Source of the DNA: Marsupella aquatica
Taxonomy: Eukaryota > Plantae > Marchantiophyta
DNA: 64,000 nucleotides
Assembly: GCA_973895155.1 (NCBI GenBank)
Contig: OZ316894.1
Coordinates: forward strand, 15,988,699 to 16,052,698
Reading direction: 5' to 3'
The notes under the pieces were generated by a model. It saw only the letters and a list, made by a program, of their open reading frames with translations. It was not told the DNA's origin and searched no databases. This document shows, piece after piece, positions 12,483 to 23,966 of this stretch. The position numbers and the translations under genes were made by a program. Numbering within the stretch: position 1 is the first letter of the stretch; every line of letters starts with the position of its first letter.

Positions 12483-13460
12483 ACTGTGAGTGAAAGTTAT
12501 ATATGGTCCATCCCATCACTCTAGTTATGTGACCCAGTTAAGGATGTTACAAAATTGGAGGGGGGGGGGGGGGCAGCAATGACCTGCCCAATGACCTGCC
12601 CCATAACATATGAGGGTTAAGATCTCACCTGAGTCTGATGACATACATCCCTTTGCCTTCATTCTTAGTCAGCCGCCACCCCAAATGCACCAACCACCAC
12701 CATGTAAGGCCCAAACCCATTTGCATTGAATTGTAACTTTGTGGAATTCTGGATTTTAAGATTTTTGCCTATACTTATGGGAAAGTTATGAAGGTGATTG
12801 GCTAAGTGTGGAGCCCCTGGGCTTACAGTAGCAAAGATTGGCTCTCACTACTTTTATGAGATTTCCCATAACTCAAAGCATTATGGGACCACATTATCTA
12901 GTATGGCTGGGTTTTGAGAAGCCCTACTACAGTACTGTAGTACCATCTTAGTTTGCGTCCCCCAAATAAACCAGAGTTGTGCGGTCACAATATCACTGTT
13001 GTGACAATATGGTACAAGATAGGGTTTGGGGTCATATGGGGGTCATTTTGGGGTCATTGTGAAACCTAGAAAGAGTTTTTCATATAAAATTTAAGAATAT
13101 TCTGAGGGTTGTGGTGTAACATGGAGTTTTCACTTATTTATGGTTTCTAAAATGAAAACAAGAGTACACTATCCTTGCCTTGGGTTATTTCAAAAGGAAG
13201 GACAACCACTGGTGCCCAGTAACAAGGCCAGTCCTCGATGACCAGCCTCCTTGGCCAACAAGGCTTTGCATTGGCCTCAAACAATAGTGACTGGCCAAAG
13301 CTTTGCATTGGCCTCAAACAATCCTCAAACAATACTGACTCTTTTTTGGGTTTTACCTTTGACTTTCACACTTAGGGCAGCATCAGGTGGCAGTGAGTAC
13401 AAAAATTCATAAATGACTTTCTAGGGACTTGTAGCCCTGAATGTCCCTAGCCTTGCCTGG

Positions 13461-13967
13461 AGGAAAGAGAGACCAATGGGGAAACTATCTGAGAAGAACT
13501 GGGCATTCGACTGAAAGAGACTAAATCAACAACTTGCTCTAAATGGCTTTCAAATTATTGAGTACCCCACAAAAATTCTGCATGCCCCCTTGATCAGACT
13601 GAGACAATGGAACTAATTTCAAAGCCACTTGCTCTACGTTAAGCACGTAAGCGTGGGCCAGACTTGAATGAGTATTTTACAGGAAAGCAGGCTTGCAAAT
13701 TCGGAGCCACAGCTGAATGAATGAGCCTATCGTTAGAATCACCTGTAGTTGCTGACATAGGACCATCCACAGAGCACACAGGGGCAGCAAAACCGATTGA
13801 TGAAATTTTGATAAAATTCTGATTGATCAGTTGACAATGGGAAATGATTACCACTTGCAATGCAGACCTAATAAGCAAGTCAAAGTTTTGCTTGAAAGAA
13901 GCGACCAATGTTGATGCCAATGAGGCCAAACTCTGCGTATGAGGCGAGCAATATATCAGAACTGATG
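13461..13967 (-). repeat. Inverted duplicate (~500 bp, high identity) of 24529-25027, the region upstream of the kinesin gene
   Basis: Reverse-complement collinear match. The ORF track independently shows the near-identical spurious peptides LASLASTLVASFKQ(N/D)FDLLIRSALQ at 13639..13929(-) and 24433..24810(+). Confidence 0.9.
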
Positions 13968-14024
13968 CCCATTTTTGGAAATATTTGTTTATTTAAATAC
14001 CTGGCGCGAGCGCTTGTTGCCATG

Positions 14025-14101
14025 AACCGGCCATAGGCTGAGTGGTAGCTGCGCTCAATGGGGCCCAAGAGGTCCTAGGTTTGAATCCTGCCTTGGGCCC
14101 A
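14025..14101 (+). mobile_element. tRNA-derived SINE head or decayed tRNA pseudogene
   Basis: A-box-like TAGGCTGAGTGG (14034-14045) and B-box/T-arm-like GGTTTGAATCC (14078-14088) at tRNA-like spacing. Acceptor and anticodon stems are not convincingly paired. Confidence 0.5.
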
Positions 14102-14619
14102 TTCTCCTTTCAACATCCATCCCACCCAAAAGTGGGGTTCATTCATGCTCTTTAAAACTAAAAACAATGTAAAGGGCAGGTAGCAGGCACAGGTAGCTAT
14201 GTACTGGCTTGGGGGTCTCACTATATGGATGTCTCCCCATCACCTACGACCTTTTTAGGCCTTGGACCCCCTAAAATGTAAGAGTTTAAAAAAAAAATCA
14301 ACCCCTATAAAGTTAGAATATTTCAAAATTTTGGTTTTAAGGACCCTAATGTTCTTATAAATCTCAAAATTAGATTTAAAAGACCCTATTGTTCTTTTCA
14401 AAAAATTCTTAAGTCTTCTCTTTGAATCAATAAAATGACCCCATACTTCATCCCACGTGATATGCCATTTTTGTGAAAGTGAAACCCCCGAGTATGCTAG
14501 AGGATCTTAATGAGACTCGAGATTGACTCTTGTGCTGAACGTCCTTTGTACTCTCCCATGGGGACTACAAGGGTGCAGTTATTATACTTCCTTAAAGATA
14601 AAGATAAAGCTTGCAAAGA

Positions 14620-14755
14620 TGAGGGGGAGGGTAGTGAGAAATTGGCCAGGAGGAAAACAGGGGGAGGGGAGGGGAGGGGAGGGGAGAGATAGAGTAAAAA
14701 GAGACAAAAATTGAGGAAGGGGAGAATGAAAAAGGGAGGGAAAGAAAATAGAAGG
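14620..14755 (+). repeat. Purine-rich, G-rich low-complexity tract with G-quadruplex potential
   Basis: GGGGGAGGGGAGGGGAGGGGAGGGG at ~14660-14684 inside an almost pure A/G stretch. Confidence 0.6.
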
Positions 14756-15049
14756 TTAACCAGCAGGAGAATATTTTATTTTCCTGTCCCAATTTTTTTT
14801 AATTAAAAAGTATATCTTCGTGTATTTAAAATATTAATCATTTCAATTTTAATAAAAATTGCATCATTTTGTTGGGTGATCCTGCTTTGACTCTCTGATG
14901 TAATGACCAATGTCACCCATCTGACATCTCTATGTGCTCACCTTCATCCTCCTTGACAATAACAGGTTCACAATAGTGACCAAAATTACAACTTTTGCAA
15001 CAATGACAAACACCATCAAACAATGACATGTTTTTGCAGCGCATAGGGA

Positions 15050-15410
15050 ATGACTTTGCCTGCATTTTTTTGTGTTTCCTGGGCAACTTTGCCTTGCCTT
15101 GACATCTTTGTCTCCTTACAACACTGTTTCCTCACCTAGACACTTGTTTCTCCCTTCAATTTCTCACATCTACATTTTCTATGCAACGCACATTCAAGTA
15201 TTTTTTTGTGTTCTTTACCTCAACATGACATCTTTCCCTCACCTTTGGCGGCTTTCTCTTCTCAACATGTTTTCCTCATTTTTGTATCTTTTTCTCACCT
15301 CATTATCTTTTCTCTCCTTGATATCTTTTTCTCACCTTGATTTCTTTTCCTCACCTCAACATCTTTTCTCTCATCGACAGCCTTTTTCACCTCAACATCT
15401 TTTGTGCAAC
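15050..15410. repeat. Pyrimidine-rich degenerate short-unit repeat (TCACCTCAACATCTTTT-like)
   Basis: About 8 degenerate copies of (C)TCACCT(C/T)(A)ACATCTTT between 15130 and 15402. Confidence 0.55.
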
Positions 15411-15479
15411 ACACATGCATCAAGCTAGTATGATATAAATGATAAAGCAAAATAGGATTAAGTTTATGTAAAGTTCCCC

Positions 15480-15966
15480 CAAATCAATAGTACACCCCTC
15501 CACAATTATCCAGGAATCTCTATGATTCTTGACTTGTTGCCACACACACATCTTTTTTGGGTTGAACAATACATTTGCCAACTTTTTTAGAGTAGGGATT
15601 AGGCAAACTCATTGAGGTGAGCTCAAAACAATCCAATTAATGACTGAAATTCCCTCAATCCTATCTTCTGCACCCCTTACCACTCTTCAGCTTGGGAGAT
15701 AATGATGTGTACGAGCAAACAATATTTTTTCTGTTCCCGCGGGAAAACCCCACTTCACTAGAAAACTTACTAACAGCCAAAACCTGGTTAGTATAACCCA
15801 ATTTGAGGACTCCTCTTTTGGCTAGTCAACTCACTAGCCATATGGAGTCTTAGAAATGCACTAGAAATGCAAACGTCAACAAGAATCAAAACTAAGATAT
15901 CAAGAACCACTTGTGACTCACTTGCATACTCTCCTCTCTCACATCATACAATACCTCCACCTTGAG
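15480..15966 (-). mobile_element. Possible decayed Copia LTR remnant
   Basis: The reverse complement of ~15945-15966 reads CTCAAGGTGGAGGTATTGT..., resembling a Copia PPT-LTR junction. The left boundary and TSD were not identified. Confidence 0.3.
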
Positions 15967-16839
15967 GGTGGGTCTCTTGCTGTGACAACTATCAAACATG
16001 ACAGGGAGCAAGATGGGATGACGGCAATAGGCTCACCCCCAAGGTGAAGGGTGGTAGCGGGATGTACCAATCACGGTTGAAGGGAGTTACAACCATCCAT
16101 TCATAAAAGGTTCTGACTCTTGTGTTTTCAATTAACAGACAAGGGCCCTTTTTCACCGAGCATTGCAGTTACCAAAAAGAGGAAAATTCAAACCTTGGCG
16201 CCCATTGCAAGCATATTTCTTAGTGGCAAAATTTTGCTAGTTCCACCTCTCTAAAAAGTCCTTGCCACCTCTAGCAAAAGAATGTTTTCCTTTGAACACA
16301 AGGCGATCATGCTATATTCTAATAGTTGGCTACGGTGCACTGTGTTGAATAGTGCCTGGGGCATTACATTTGAGTTTTGACGATCTGTTTCCTTTTTGCA
16401 CTTGCAAGGCATTGCTGTATTCAAATGTTGCCTTGGTGTTTGAATATTGGGCTTGTGATATGATTTGTGAATTTTATACCTTTTTGTGAATTTGACAGTT
16501 TAGGGTCAAATTTAAACAAAGCTTCCAACTCAAATGCCCCGGAGTTATGTTAAATAGCCATTTTGTTCAAATTAAAAAAAAAAGTTGTCATGCATGGGAC
16601 ACCCCAAAATTTACATTTTATTACACAAGGCCACGTTTGTGAAAGGGAGCGAATTTCCCACCTAGTCACAGACCCCATTAGCTAGAATCAATTGTCATCC
16701 TTAAATCTAGGGAGATTAGATGCAGATTATTACGACTGTAGCATCTTCGCCTTCACGGCTTCACACACAAGTTGACATTCGTCCCACTGAAATGGAAAGA
16801 CCTTAAAAACGTATTTACGCTGCCCCTTGCTGCATATGG

Positions 16840-17030
16840 GGCAATCCACCCATAAACAAACCCACACGGCTCAATTCTGGCCTATGGCTGGTCTCCGTGA
16901 AGATTGCTCCTTATCCGTCCCTTTTGCAGCCAGCCAGCCCGTCTCCTTTGCCGCGATGGCCCTCTCCAGTCCCACGATTCCTGCCGCTTTCTAAACCATA
17001 TCCGGCACTTCTGCTGCAAGCAATCCAATC
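16840..17030 (+). promoter_or_regulatory. PsbW upstream region with an I-box and GATT/CAATC-type photosynthesis-gene motifs
   Basis: CCTTATCC (I-box GGATAAGG reversed) at 16909-16916; CAATCC at ~16842 and CAATCCAATCC at ~17020. Motif match only. Confidence 0.35.
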
Positions 17031-17209
17031 CACGCTGATCCAGTGAGCTCCGAGTATTCATACTCTTGACCTTGCGAGACGAAGTGGTTGTTGCCCTGTT
17101 ACGGATCTCGTACACTGCTTGAGCTCGTGTGTATTTGGACGAGCAACCTCGAATCCGAAATAGAACCCTGCCCAGCTCAGTTCACCGAGCGAAATTCTAA
17201 TTTGACGAC

Positions 17210-18068
17210 ATGGCCGCTGTCTCTGTTGCCTCCGTGTGCTCGCCCGTGGCTGCGTGCCCAGTGCAAAAGAATGTGGCTGCATCGTCCTCCGCCTTCCGTG
17301 GCGCCAGCGTTAACGGTGAGTTTCCTGCGTCTTTTCTAATTGTTATATCAAATTGTTGTGTCCCGTTTCTGGCACGCCAGAGTTAGAGCGATTCGATGAT
17401 AAGGCTTCTCAGGTTGTCAAATGAAATTTCTGGCCAACACTGTCGCAGATGCAATCCCATCTTGTTAATGAGGTCTCGATGGGAAGTTTAGACTAGATTG
17501 GAAGCTAGGAAATGGAGCACTCCATAATGTTTCTCAACGTCGCGCACGTTGTGTGAACTCTGTTGTACCCGATTAAAACTAGGGTCAAACATGTAAGTGA
17601 CAATACTTCATTGGCCCTGGGATCTGAGTTGTACCCAGTGCTCTTTGGATTCTGTGGTCGGGCCCTGCCGAGCTGTATGTCCATACAGTTCAGAGAGTGT
17701 GGGTTTGGCGAGTGAATGAAGTGAAGTCTCTCTTTGAAATGACGGTCATTTGTTGCTGTATTTCAGGACTTCCTGCTCTGAGAATGAGCCGGTTGGTCTG
17801 CTCCGCCGAGAAAAAGAGCGTGAGCAGCTTGCCCCAGCTGGCTGCTTCGGGAGCGTCGTTCGCTGCCTTCGCTGCCACCAATCCCGGCGCAGCTTTGGCT
17901 TTGGTCGACGAGAGATTGTCAACTGAGGGAACTGGTCTTGGTCTCGGGCTTAGCAACCCCAAGCTCGCATGGATCCTCCTCGGAGTAACTACCCTTATCT
18001 GGACTCTGTACTTCGTCTACTCCTCAGGGCTTCCGGAGGGCGATGACGATTCAGGCCTGTCCTTGTAG
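17210..18068 (+). CDS. PSBW: Photosystem II reaction centre W protein, nuclear-encoded precursor; 2 exons
   Basis: Exon 1 17210-17315 ([16 protein letters not shown]... transit peptide) and exon 2 17767-18068. The lumen-targeting segment ends in ALA, then mature [55 protein letters not shown]. Confidence 0.97.
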
Positions 18069-19273
18069 GATAAGAATATGGTGCAATGAATCAACTCTTG
18101 TCAGGGACACGAGCGACTGATTCGATGGAAACATTCTACTCTGTATTGTAAGTAGGTAGCATAGTCGTTGCTGTCCCCAGCGCTGAGATCTGTGATTAAT
18201 TTTAATGAACTCTTACCTTGGACAGCGCAACTTTTGTCCATATCTCGTGTGTGCCTTGCCTGAATTCTACTCGCAGTGCGGATTGCGAATGGCATGTTCT
18301 TCTTACTGTCTTCTAGTTATCGAGTTCAAATATACCGTGCATAGAGTTCGCTTCGGTCGACCTGGGTAATGTTCCTGAAAATATGCGATGTGATCCCCTC
18401 AAATAAGTGCTGAGCTTTGTGAGACTTTTGAGTTAGCCGCCGGATTATATGACTCCACAGCCAAGCTCAGTCCATTGTGGGGGCGTTTGCCACAATTTAC
18501 GAAGTGTGGTCATTCGTTTCGAGGGCAAGGAACGAACATTTGTCCTGTATGTCGTCCGATCCTTGCCCTGCAGTAAATCTAGATGTGAACCCTGCGGCTA
18601 TAAAGGCGTCCACTCTCTTACGTTAAATGTGGACTAGAACAAGATGCCAGAGCACTTTCTGAAGGTGTCCTTGTTCTTCAGAGAAGCCGCTGCTGATGAA
18701 AACTGTTGTTAGTAGAATACAGGCCCGTTTTGGCAATTTGATGCCGTTTTGCGACGAATAGAGCGAGGTCGAGTTGTTTTAAGCTTCTCTTTGCTCGAGC
18801 AAGTGTAGATGATTCTACTGTTGGTGTGATATATAGTTTCCAGCAATGGTCTTGACACAAAGTTTTGGGGTGAACAAATTGGAACTAATAGTAAAGCTTA
18901 ACTAACCGTAGTAACGAAGCATATCACTCTGGCATCTGCTCCACAGGATACGAAGTTGTTTTGGGGCAAGCTATTTACTGGGTTGCGAGGGTTTCAACTC
19001 ATCGTGCATCCCAATGATCATGTTGATTATGACTTCAAAATGTCTGTACCGATTTTCCGACCCAGAATTGGTCGAGGTCTCAAAACAGATGGGCCTAATC
19101 ACACAACCATAAAAAAGCCTTCTCGCGAAGTCGATGGAAAACAAAATATAGCGTACCTAACACAGGTCAATGGTAGAATGTGATACCGAGTCACGGATTG
19201 CTCCAAGATTTGAGACCTTGACGCCAACGATACCTTTCATCCCAAAATTTTGCCCCATAGCAAAGCCACTACA

Positions 19274-19405
19274 TGGGAGCAGCGAAACAGTGACATGTTT
19301 ATAAACTCGACGCCAGAATTCACCTTCTGACAAAGACGCGGGAGCAGCGAAACAGTGGCATGTTTATAAACTCAATGCCAGAATTCACATTCTGACAAAG
19401 ACGCC
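19274..19405. repeat. Tandem duplication, ~66-bp unit x2
   Basis: GGGAGCAGCGAAACAGTG.CATGTTTATAAACTC.A.GCCAGAATTCAC.TTCTGACAAAGACGC occurs twice. Confidence 0.85.
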
Positions 19406-19692
19406 AAAACGCCAAAAAGTACTAATCATGAGGTGTCCATGTTCTCCATTTTTTTCCTGTACAGAGCCCTACTCAAATGTGCTTAATCTGACATGAACTG
19501 TAGAAAAGCACTGTAAGTAACTCAATGACAGCTTCTGAAAACCAAAACCCGAAAATAGGAAATGATTGAAGCATGTGTGTACGAAGGCTAGAAAGGAGCA
19601 AAGTTTACACATCCAACAAAGCAAATTGCACATGGGACCTACAATAGCGGTAATTTGAGGTTAGAATTAGAGCTCTCAACAGTTGTTGGGCT

Positions 19693-20848
19693 TCTAACTA
19701 GCATTCCACACCTTCATGGTACAACAGAGCTCTATAGGAACTGGAGAGTGATGCAGTTTGGGAAAAGAAGACGGAAGCTCCACCAACAATCATGGGGCAT
19801 ACACTTCCGGACAGTCGAAGGTTGGACCAAGTGGACTGCACCTACTTCGAAGGCAGATGAATGGGTTTGAATCCGATTGCAGTAGATCTTGGACAAGCAA
19901 GGGTGACCTGGCCGAGTTTGAGTTTCATACAAGACATGTGAGATGACCAGTCCTGCTCATCTGAAAGGTGGAGAACCTCGCAGGGGAAATGCTAAAAGTG
20001 GATGACTTGGAGACCATCTCCAATGGTCAAGGCAGTCGGGAAGACGTTTTAAAGTTTTGTTCGTTCCAACCTGGAAGACATGGCCAGCTTACTTCAAGTT
20101 TAATCCGGATTTTTCAGTCAGATTACTTTCTTGTGCATCTTTAAGATCGATCCAAGTTCGAAACCCATCATGTTCTTTGCCGGGGAACAATTCACTGCAT
20201 CTGCAAGACTGGGCTAGAGCTGCTGTCAGATCGGGCAAAGAGTGAGATCGAAAGGTCAAATAAATCCGCGTTGATAAACGTTACTCCACCCCACAGTACA
20301 TCTCCCAGGTATTGGCTCAGACTACGGAGGTGCTAAAACCCTTCCCAACCCATACCTTCTGCTAGAAACACCGTCAAATGGATCACGTGGGGACTCAAGG
20401 TACTCAAAACTGAATTCCACACTTGATACACCCAAATCAGTTCTCTCGGGAGACAGGGATCCGAAGTCTAATGCCCATCACAGGGAAAAGGTATATATAA
20501 TTCTTAAACTTACAGTCAGATCCTCTGCGTATCAAATTATTTGATAATTAGTTTTCTCTCGCATTACTGACTTTGGAATCGATGAAGACTGTTGCACTCT
20601 CCGATAGAACTAAGATGATTCCCACTGAGAATCCGCAAGCGTGGCAAGCAAAATACGTCCCATCCTACTGTCCATAACTCCAGAGCTTGGACGTTGACAG
20701 GTATCGGTTTGTGTGCGTATGAGACCTCTCGACGACCATGAAAAAGTTTGTCCATCGGTAAGAACTGGTGCCTAGCTTCTAATATTTAGATGAAATTTGA
20801 GTTCATCGTACATTTTGTGACTTGCTGCAGGGACAGTAATAGCCAGCC
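19693..20848 (+). pseudogene. Truncated, internally deleted copy of the kinesin gene 5' region (source 26976-28865)
   Basis: Direct collinear match including introns. About 700 bp is deleted (source ~27080-27778). Frameshifts and stops are present; peptide remnants KVGPSGLHLLRRQMNGFESDCSRSWTS and ASLRSIQVRNPSCSLPGNNSLHLQDWARA. Confidence 0.92.
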
Positions 20849-20849
20849 G

Positions 20850-21826
20850 GGGAGGAGTGGGCAAGGCATAGTACGGTAGGGCCGCGACGGGCCTGCACTG
20901 CATGGAAGGTCACTTGAGTATCTCCAGTTGTGCGCCTTCATCACGAGCGCCTTCATCACGAGAAGAAGGTTAAGGGCACCAGAAAGAGGAACGGTTTCAC
21001 TTTCGATCACTGGAAGCTTTCGAGCATCCTCGATGGTGGCTCCTAGCGATGACGATTCCGCACTTCCTAATCCAGCTCGATCCCGCGGTGAAACTCGGCT
21101 GTGTATCACGGAGATAGTAATGGAGAGTTTCAAATCCTACGCTGGGGAGCGCGTCGGTCCCTTCCACGAGGTATTCTTGGAGTATTGCTCTTTGTTCTGA
21201 AGGTACTGACCGCGTTCTATCTCATCAATGCCTGTGCTGGTGTTTCTAAACCTGTTGGCTGTGGTTAGATGCATCTAAAGAGGTGCAGGACATGAAGAAC
21301 CTTATCGCACTTGCTTGTCATTACTCTCCTGGCATGAAGATTTGTCAGAAGATTGCGTTTTCTGGAAGGAAATGTGGGTCTCTATTTTGCTCATATCTTG
21401 CCGGCTTCTTGTTTCGCCTAGTTCATTGTTTCTCGGCAGTAGGTGGACCAAATGGGAGCGGCAAGAGTAACGTCATCGATGCTATGCTGTTTGTATTTGG
21501 CAAGCGCGCTAAGCAGGCGAGTTGATTGTCCCTCACGTCAATTCTCCTATCCTCCCATGCCTACTGGCTTACATAACGAGTACAAATTGGTCTGTCGCCT
21601 CGTTCGTGATGACGATCCTCAAGCGTAGTTTCGTTCATTCTGGATTGTAGTGTTGCCTTGCAAACGACTAACATTGACTCGTCTACTGTGGACTCCTTTA
21701 GATGCGCTTGAACAAAGTGTGAGAGCTCATTCACAACTGAACCAAACATGAAAATCTGGACAAGGCCCGAGTCTCTATTCATTTTCAAGAGATCGCTGAC
21801 TTGGTAGGAGGTCTCTGCACTTCACG
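20850..21826 (+). pseudogene. Inverted partial SMC4 pseudogene: promoter-proximal region plus exons 1-3 with introns (source 2573-3562)
   Basis: ATG at 21033 (MVAPSDDDSALPNPARSRGETRLCITEIVMESFKSYAGERVGPFHE). The exon 2 acceptor AG is lost, the exon 2 donor is GT>GC, and there is a premature TGA at 21720-21722 in exon 3. Confidence 0.93.
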
Positions 21827-21959
21827 ACATGCTATGGCAGCAGCAGGAGCAGCATCAAAAGCTATGGGGCAAGCAGCAGCTGGGACCTCTTCGCGGTGAA
21901 AAGCAATGGCGGGAGTGAAGGACGAAGAGCCAAAACCAAGAGCGAAAAAAGCATTGACC

Positions 21960-22248
21960 GGGAGTCGCACGTCCCCAATGGATTGTGAGCCGAAGTCGGG
22001 TCGGGTGGGTTTCCGCAGCCGGGTCGGGTCGAAAGGCGCAGCCGGGCCCGCGGAAGGAATTACCGCCGACTGGCGGTTTTCAGGTGGGAGCCACCGGGGC
22101 AGGCCCGTCACCCGCGAGGGGCGAGGGTACCCCGCAAGGCGCGCCCGCCGGCACTCCCTGCCCCGTCCCCACAGGGAACCCCGCGCTCCAGCAAAGCTGA
22201 GCGCGAGCCCCCGCCACGCCACTCCGCACTCGGCCGCTCGCACCCCTA
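21960..22248. other. GC/CpG-rich island of unknown origin, ending in a possible hAT-MITE-like terminus
   Basis: Abrupt rise in GC and CpG content. GTCGGGTCG repeats and several short hairpins. The right end GCTCGCACCCCTA is the reverse complement of TAGGGGTGCGAGC. No matching left terminus was found. Confidence 0.45.
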
Positions 22249-22260
22249 CGCTTGTTTTCG

Positions 22261-22413
22261 ATGAATTGGTCAAATGTTCTTTCCGCGCTCATCATGGCGA
22301 GCGGAATTGCCCTATCGGGATTCATGATTGGCAGCAAAATCGGAGCTGCGATGAACAATGCGCCAAAAATATTGATCGACGAACTGTTTTCCAATATCGC
22401 AATTGGGGAATGA
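22261..22413 (+). CDS. Putative 50-aa single-pass membrane microprotein (below the ORF-track cutoff)
   Basis: Hand translation MNWSNVLSALIMASGIALSGFMIGSKIGAAMNNAPKILIDELFSNIAIGE*. N-terminal hydrophobic segment with Gly/small residues spaced about every 4. No recognised homologue. Confidence 0.35.
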   Translation: MNWSNVLSALIMASGIALSGFMIGSKIGAAMNNAPKILIDELFSNIAIGE

Positions 22414-22730
22414 AGTGAAGCTTTGCAACGAAAGAGAGAGAGAAAGATGTCAAGAACCCAACAATAGATTGACAAGCGCGCAGCCTTGCATCAATCCATT
22501 CTCACCACGTAAGTTCAATTTCTCACATATATGAAATATATTTTGAATTTGGTTTGAAGGAAACTCTATCTCACTATTTTGTGTGTACCTTTGAAGGTAC
22601 ATAGTGGAATTCCGTCAACAACAGCAATTGGATGATTAGCTTGCCTGTGGTCCTCCTCTTCTTCTGGCAGATTTGGTTACCGCTCTTCACTCTTCTTGGA
22701 GGTGGCACAATTACTCTGGTTGTCCATTTA

Positions 22731-23966
22731 AACTTTCTGGCCAAGACTCTTGCAGATGCAATCCCATCTTCCGAGGTTTCTTTTTGAATTTAGAATAGAC
22801 TGGAAGCTAGTCATTTGTTGCTGTATCTTCCTGCTTTGAGAATGAGCCGGTTAGTCTGCTGTGCCGAGAAGAGCGAGGGCAGCTTGTGAGAATGAGCCGA
22901 TTAGTCTGTTGTGCCGAGAAGAGCGAGAGCAGCTTGCCCCAGTTGGTTGCTTCGGGAGCATCGTCAGGGCTTCCTGAGGGCTATGACGATTCAGCCCTGT
23001 CCTCGTAGGATAAGAATATGGTGCAAAGAGTCACCTCTTCTTAGGGACACGAGAGACTGATTCGACAGAAACATTCTACTCTGTATCTTAAGTAGGTAGT
23101 ATATTCATTGCTGTCCCCAAGCGCTGAGAACTGTGATTAGTTAAGGAACTCTTACCTTGGACAACGCAACTTTTGTCCATATTTTGTGTGTACCTTGCTT
23201 GAACCTTACCTGCAGTGCAGATTACAAATGGCATGTTCATCTTAGTGTTGCGTAAATTATCGTTCAAATGTACCTTCAATACTGTTCGCTTTTTTTTTCT
23301 TTTCTTCAATACTGTTCGCTTGGGTTGACCTCGGTAGTGTTCCTGAAAATACGCGACAGGATCCCCTCGAATAAGTTCGTCCGCTTTGTGAATGAGACTT
23401 TTTAGCTAGCCGGATGAGACTTATCAGTTAGCCAGATTATCCATAGCCCTGTACCATCTATTTTGGGCGCCTGGCCACAATTTACGAAGTGCGGTTATTT
23501 GCTTCGAGTGCAAGAAACGAACATTTGTCCTGTATGTTGTTCGTTCTTTGCCCGGTTTGAAATCTAGATGTGAACGCGGCTACAGGAATACCGTCCAGTT
23601 CAATGTTAAGTGTGTACGAGAAGAAGATGCCAGAGCACGTTCTTGAGGTGTCTTAGTTCTTCAGGGAAGCCACAATTGGTGAAACTATTGTTTGTAGAGT
23701 ACAGGCCCGTTTTGGCAATACCCTTTTGCAACGAATTCTTCCAGGGCGAGTTGTTTTTATCTAGCAAGAATAGATGATTCGATTGTTGTGTGATTTAAAG
23801 TTTTAAGCAATGTTCTTGATAGAAATTGCGAGACTTTTCGGGGTAAAAAAAATGGAATTAGTAGTAAAATAACTACCAATAACAACCGCGCATATCACTC
23901 TCGCATCTGCTCCACAGGAAACTAAGCTGTTTTGGGGCAAGGTATTCACGGGGTTGCGAGGTTTCC
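22731..23966 (+). pseudogene. Decayed copy of PsbW intron, exon 2 and 3' flank (source 17425-18995)
   Basis: Direct collinear match. The acceptor site is deleted, the mature-protein core (source ~17860-18022) is deleted, and a ~50-bp tandem duplication occurs at ~22837-22936. The 3' flank is conserved out to ...GGGTTGCGAGG. Confidence 0.92.

Noticed and set aside
21785-22475. Overlapping 130-170-aa Arg/Pro/Gly-rich ORFs on both strands
   Set aside because: Expected by chance in very GC-rich DNA (stop-codon depletion); no recognisable motifs.
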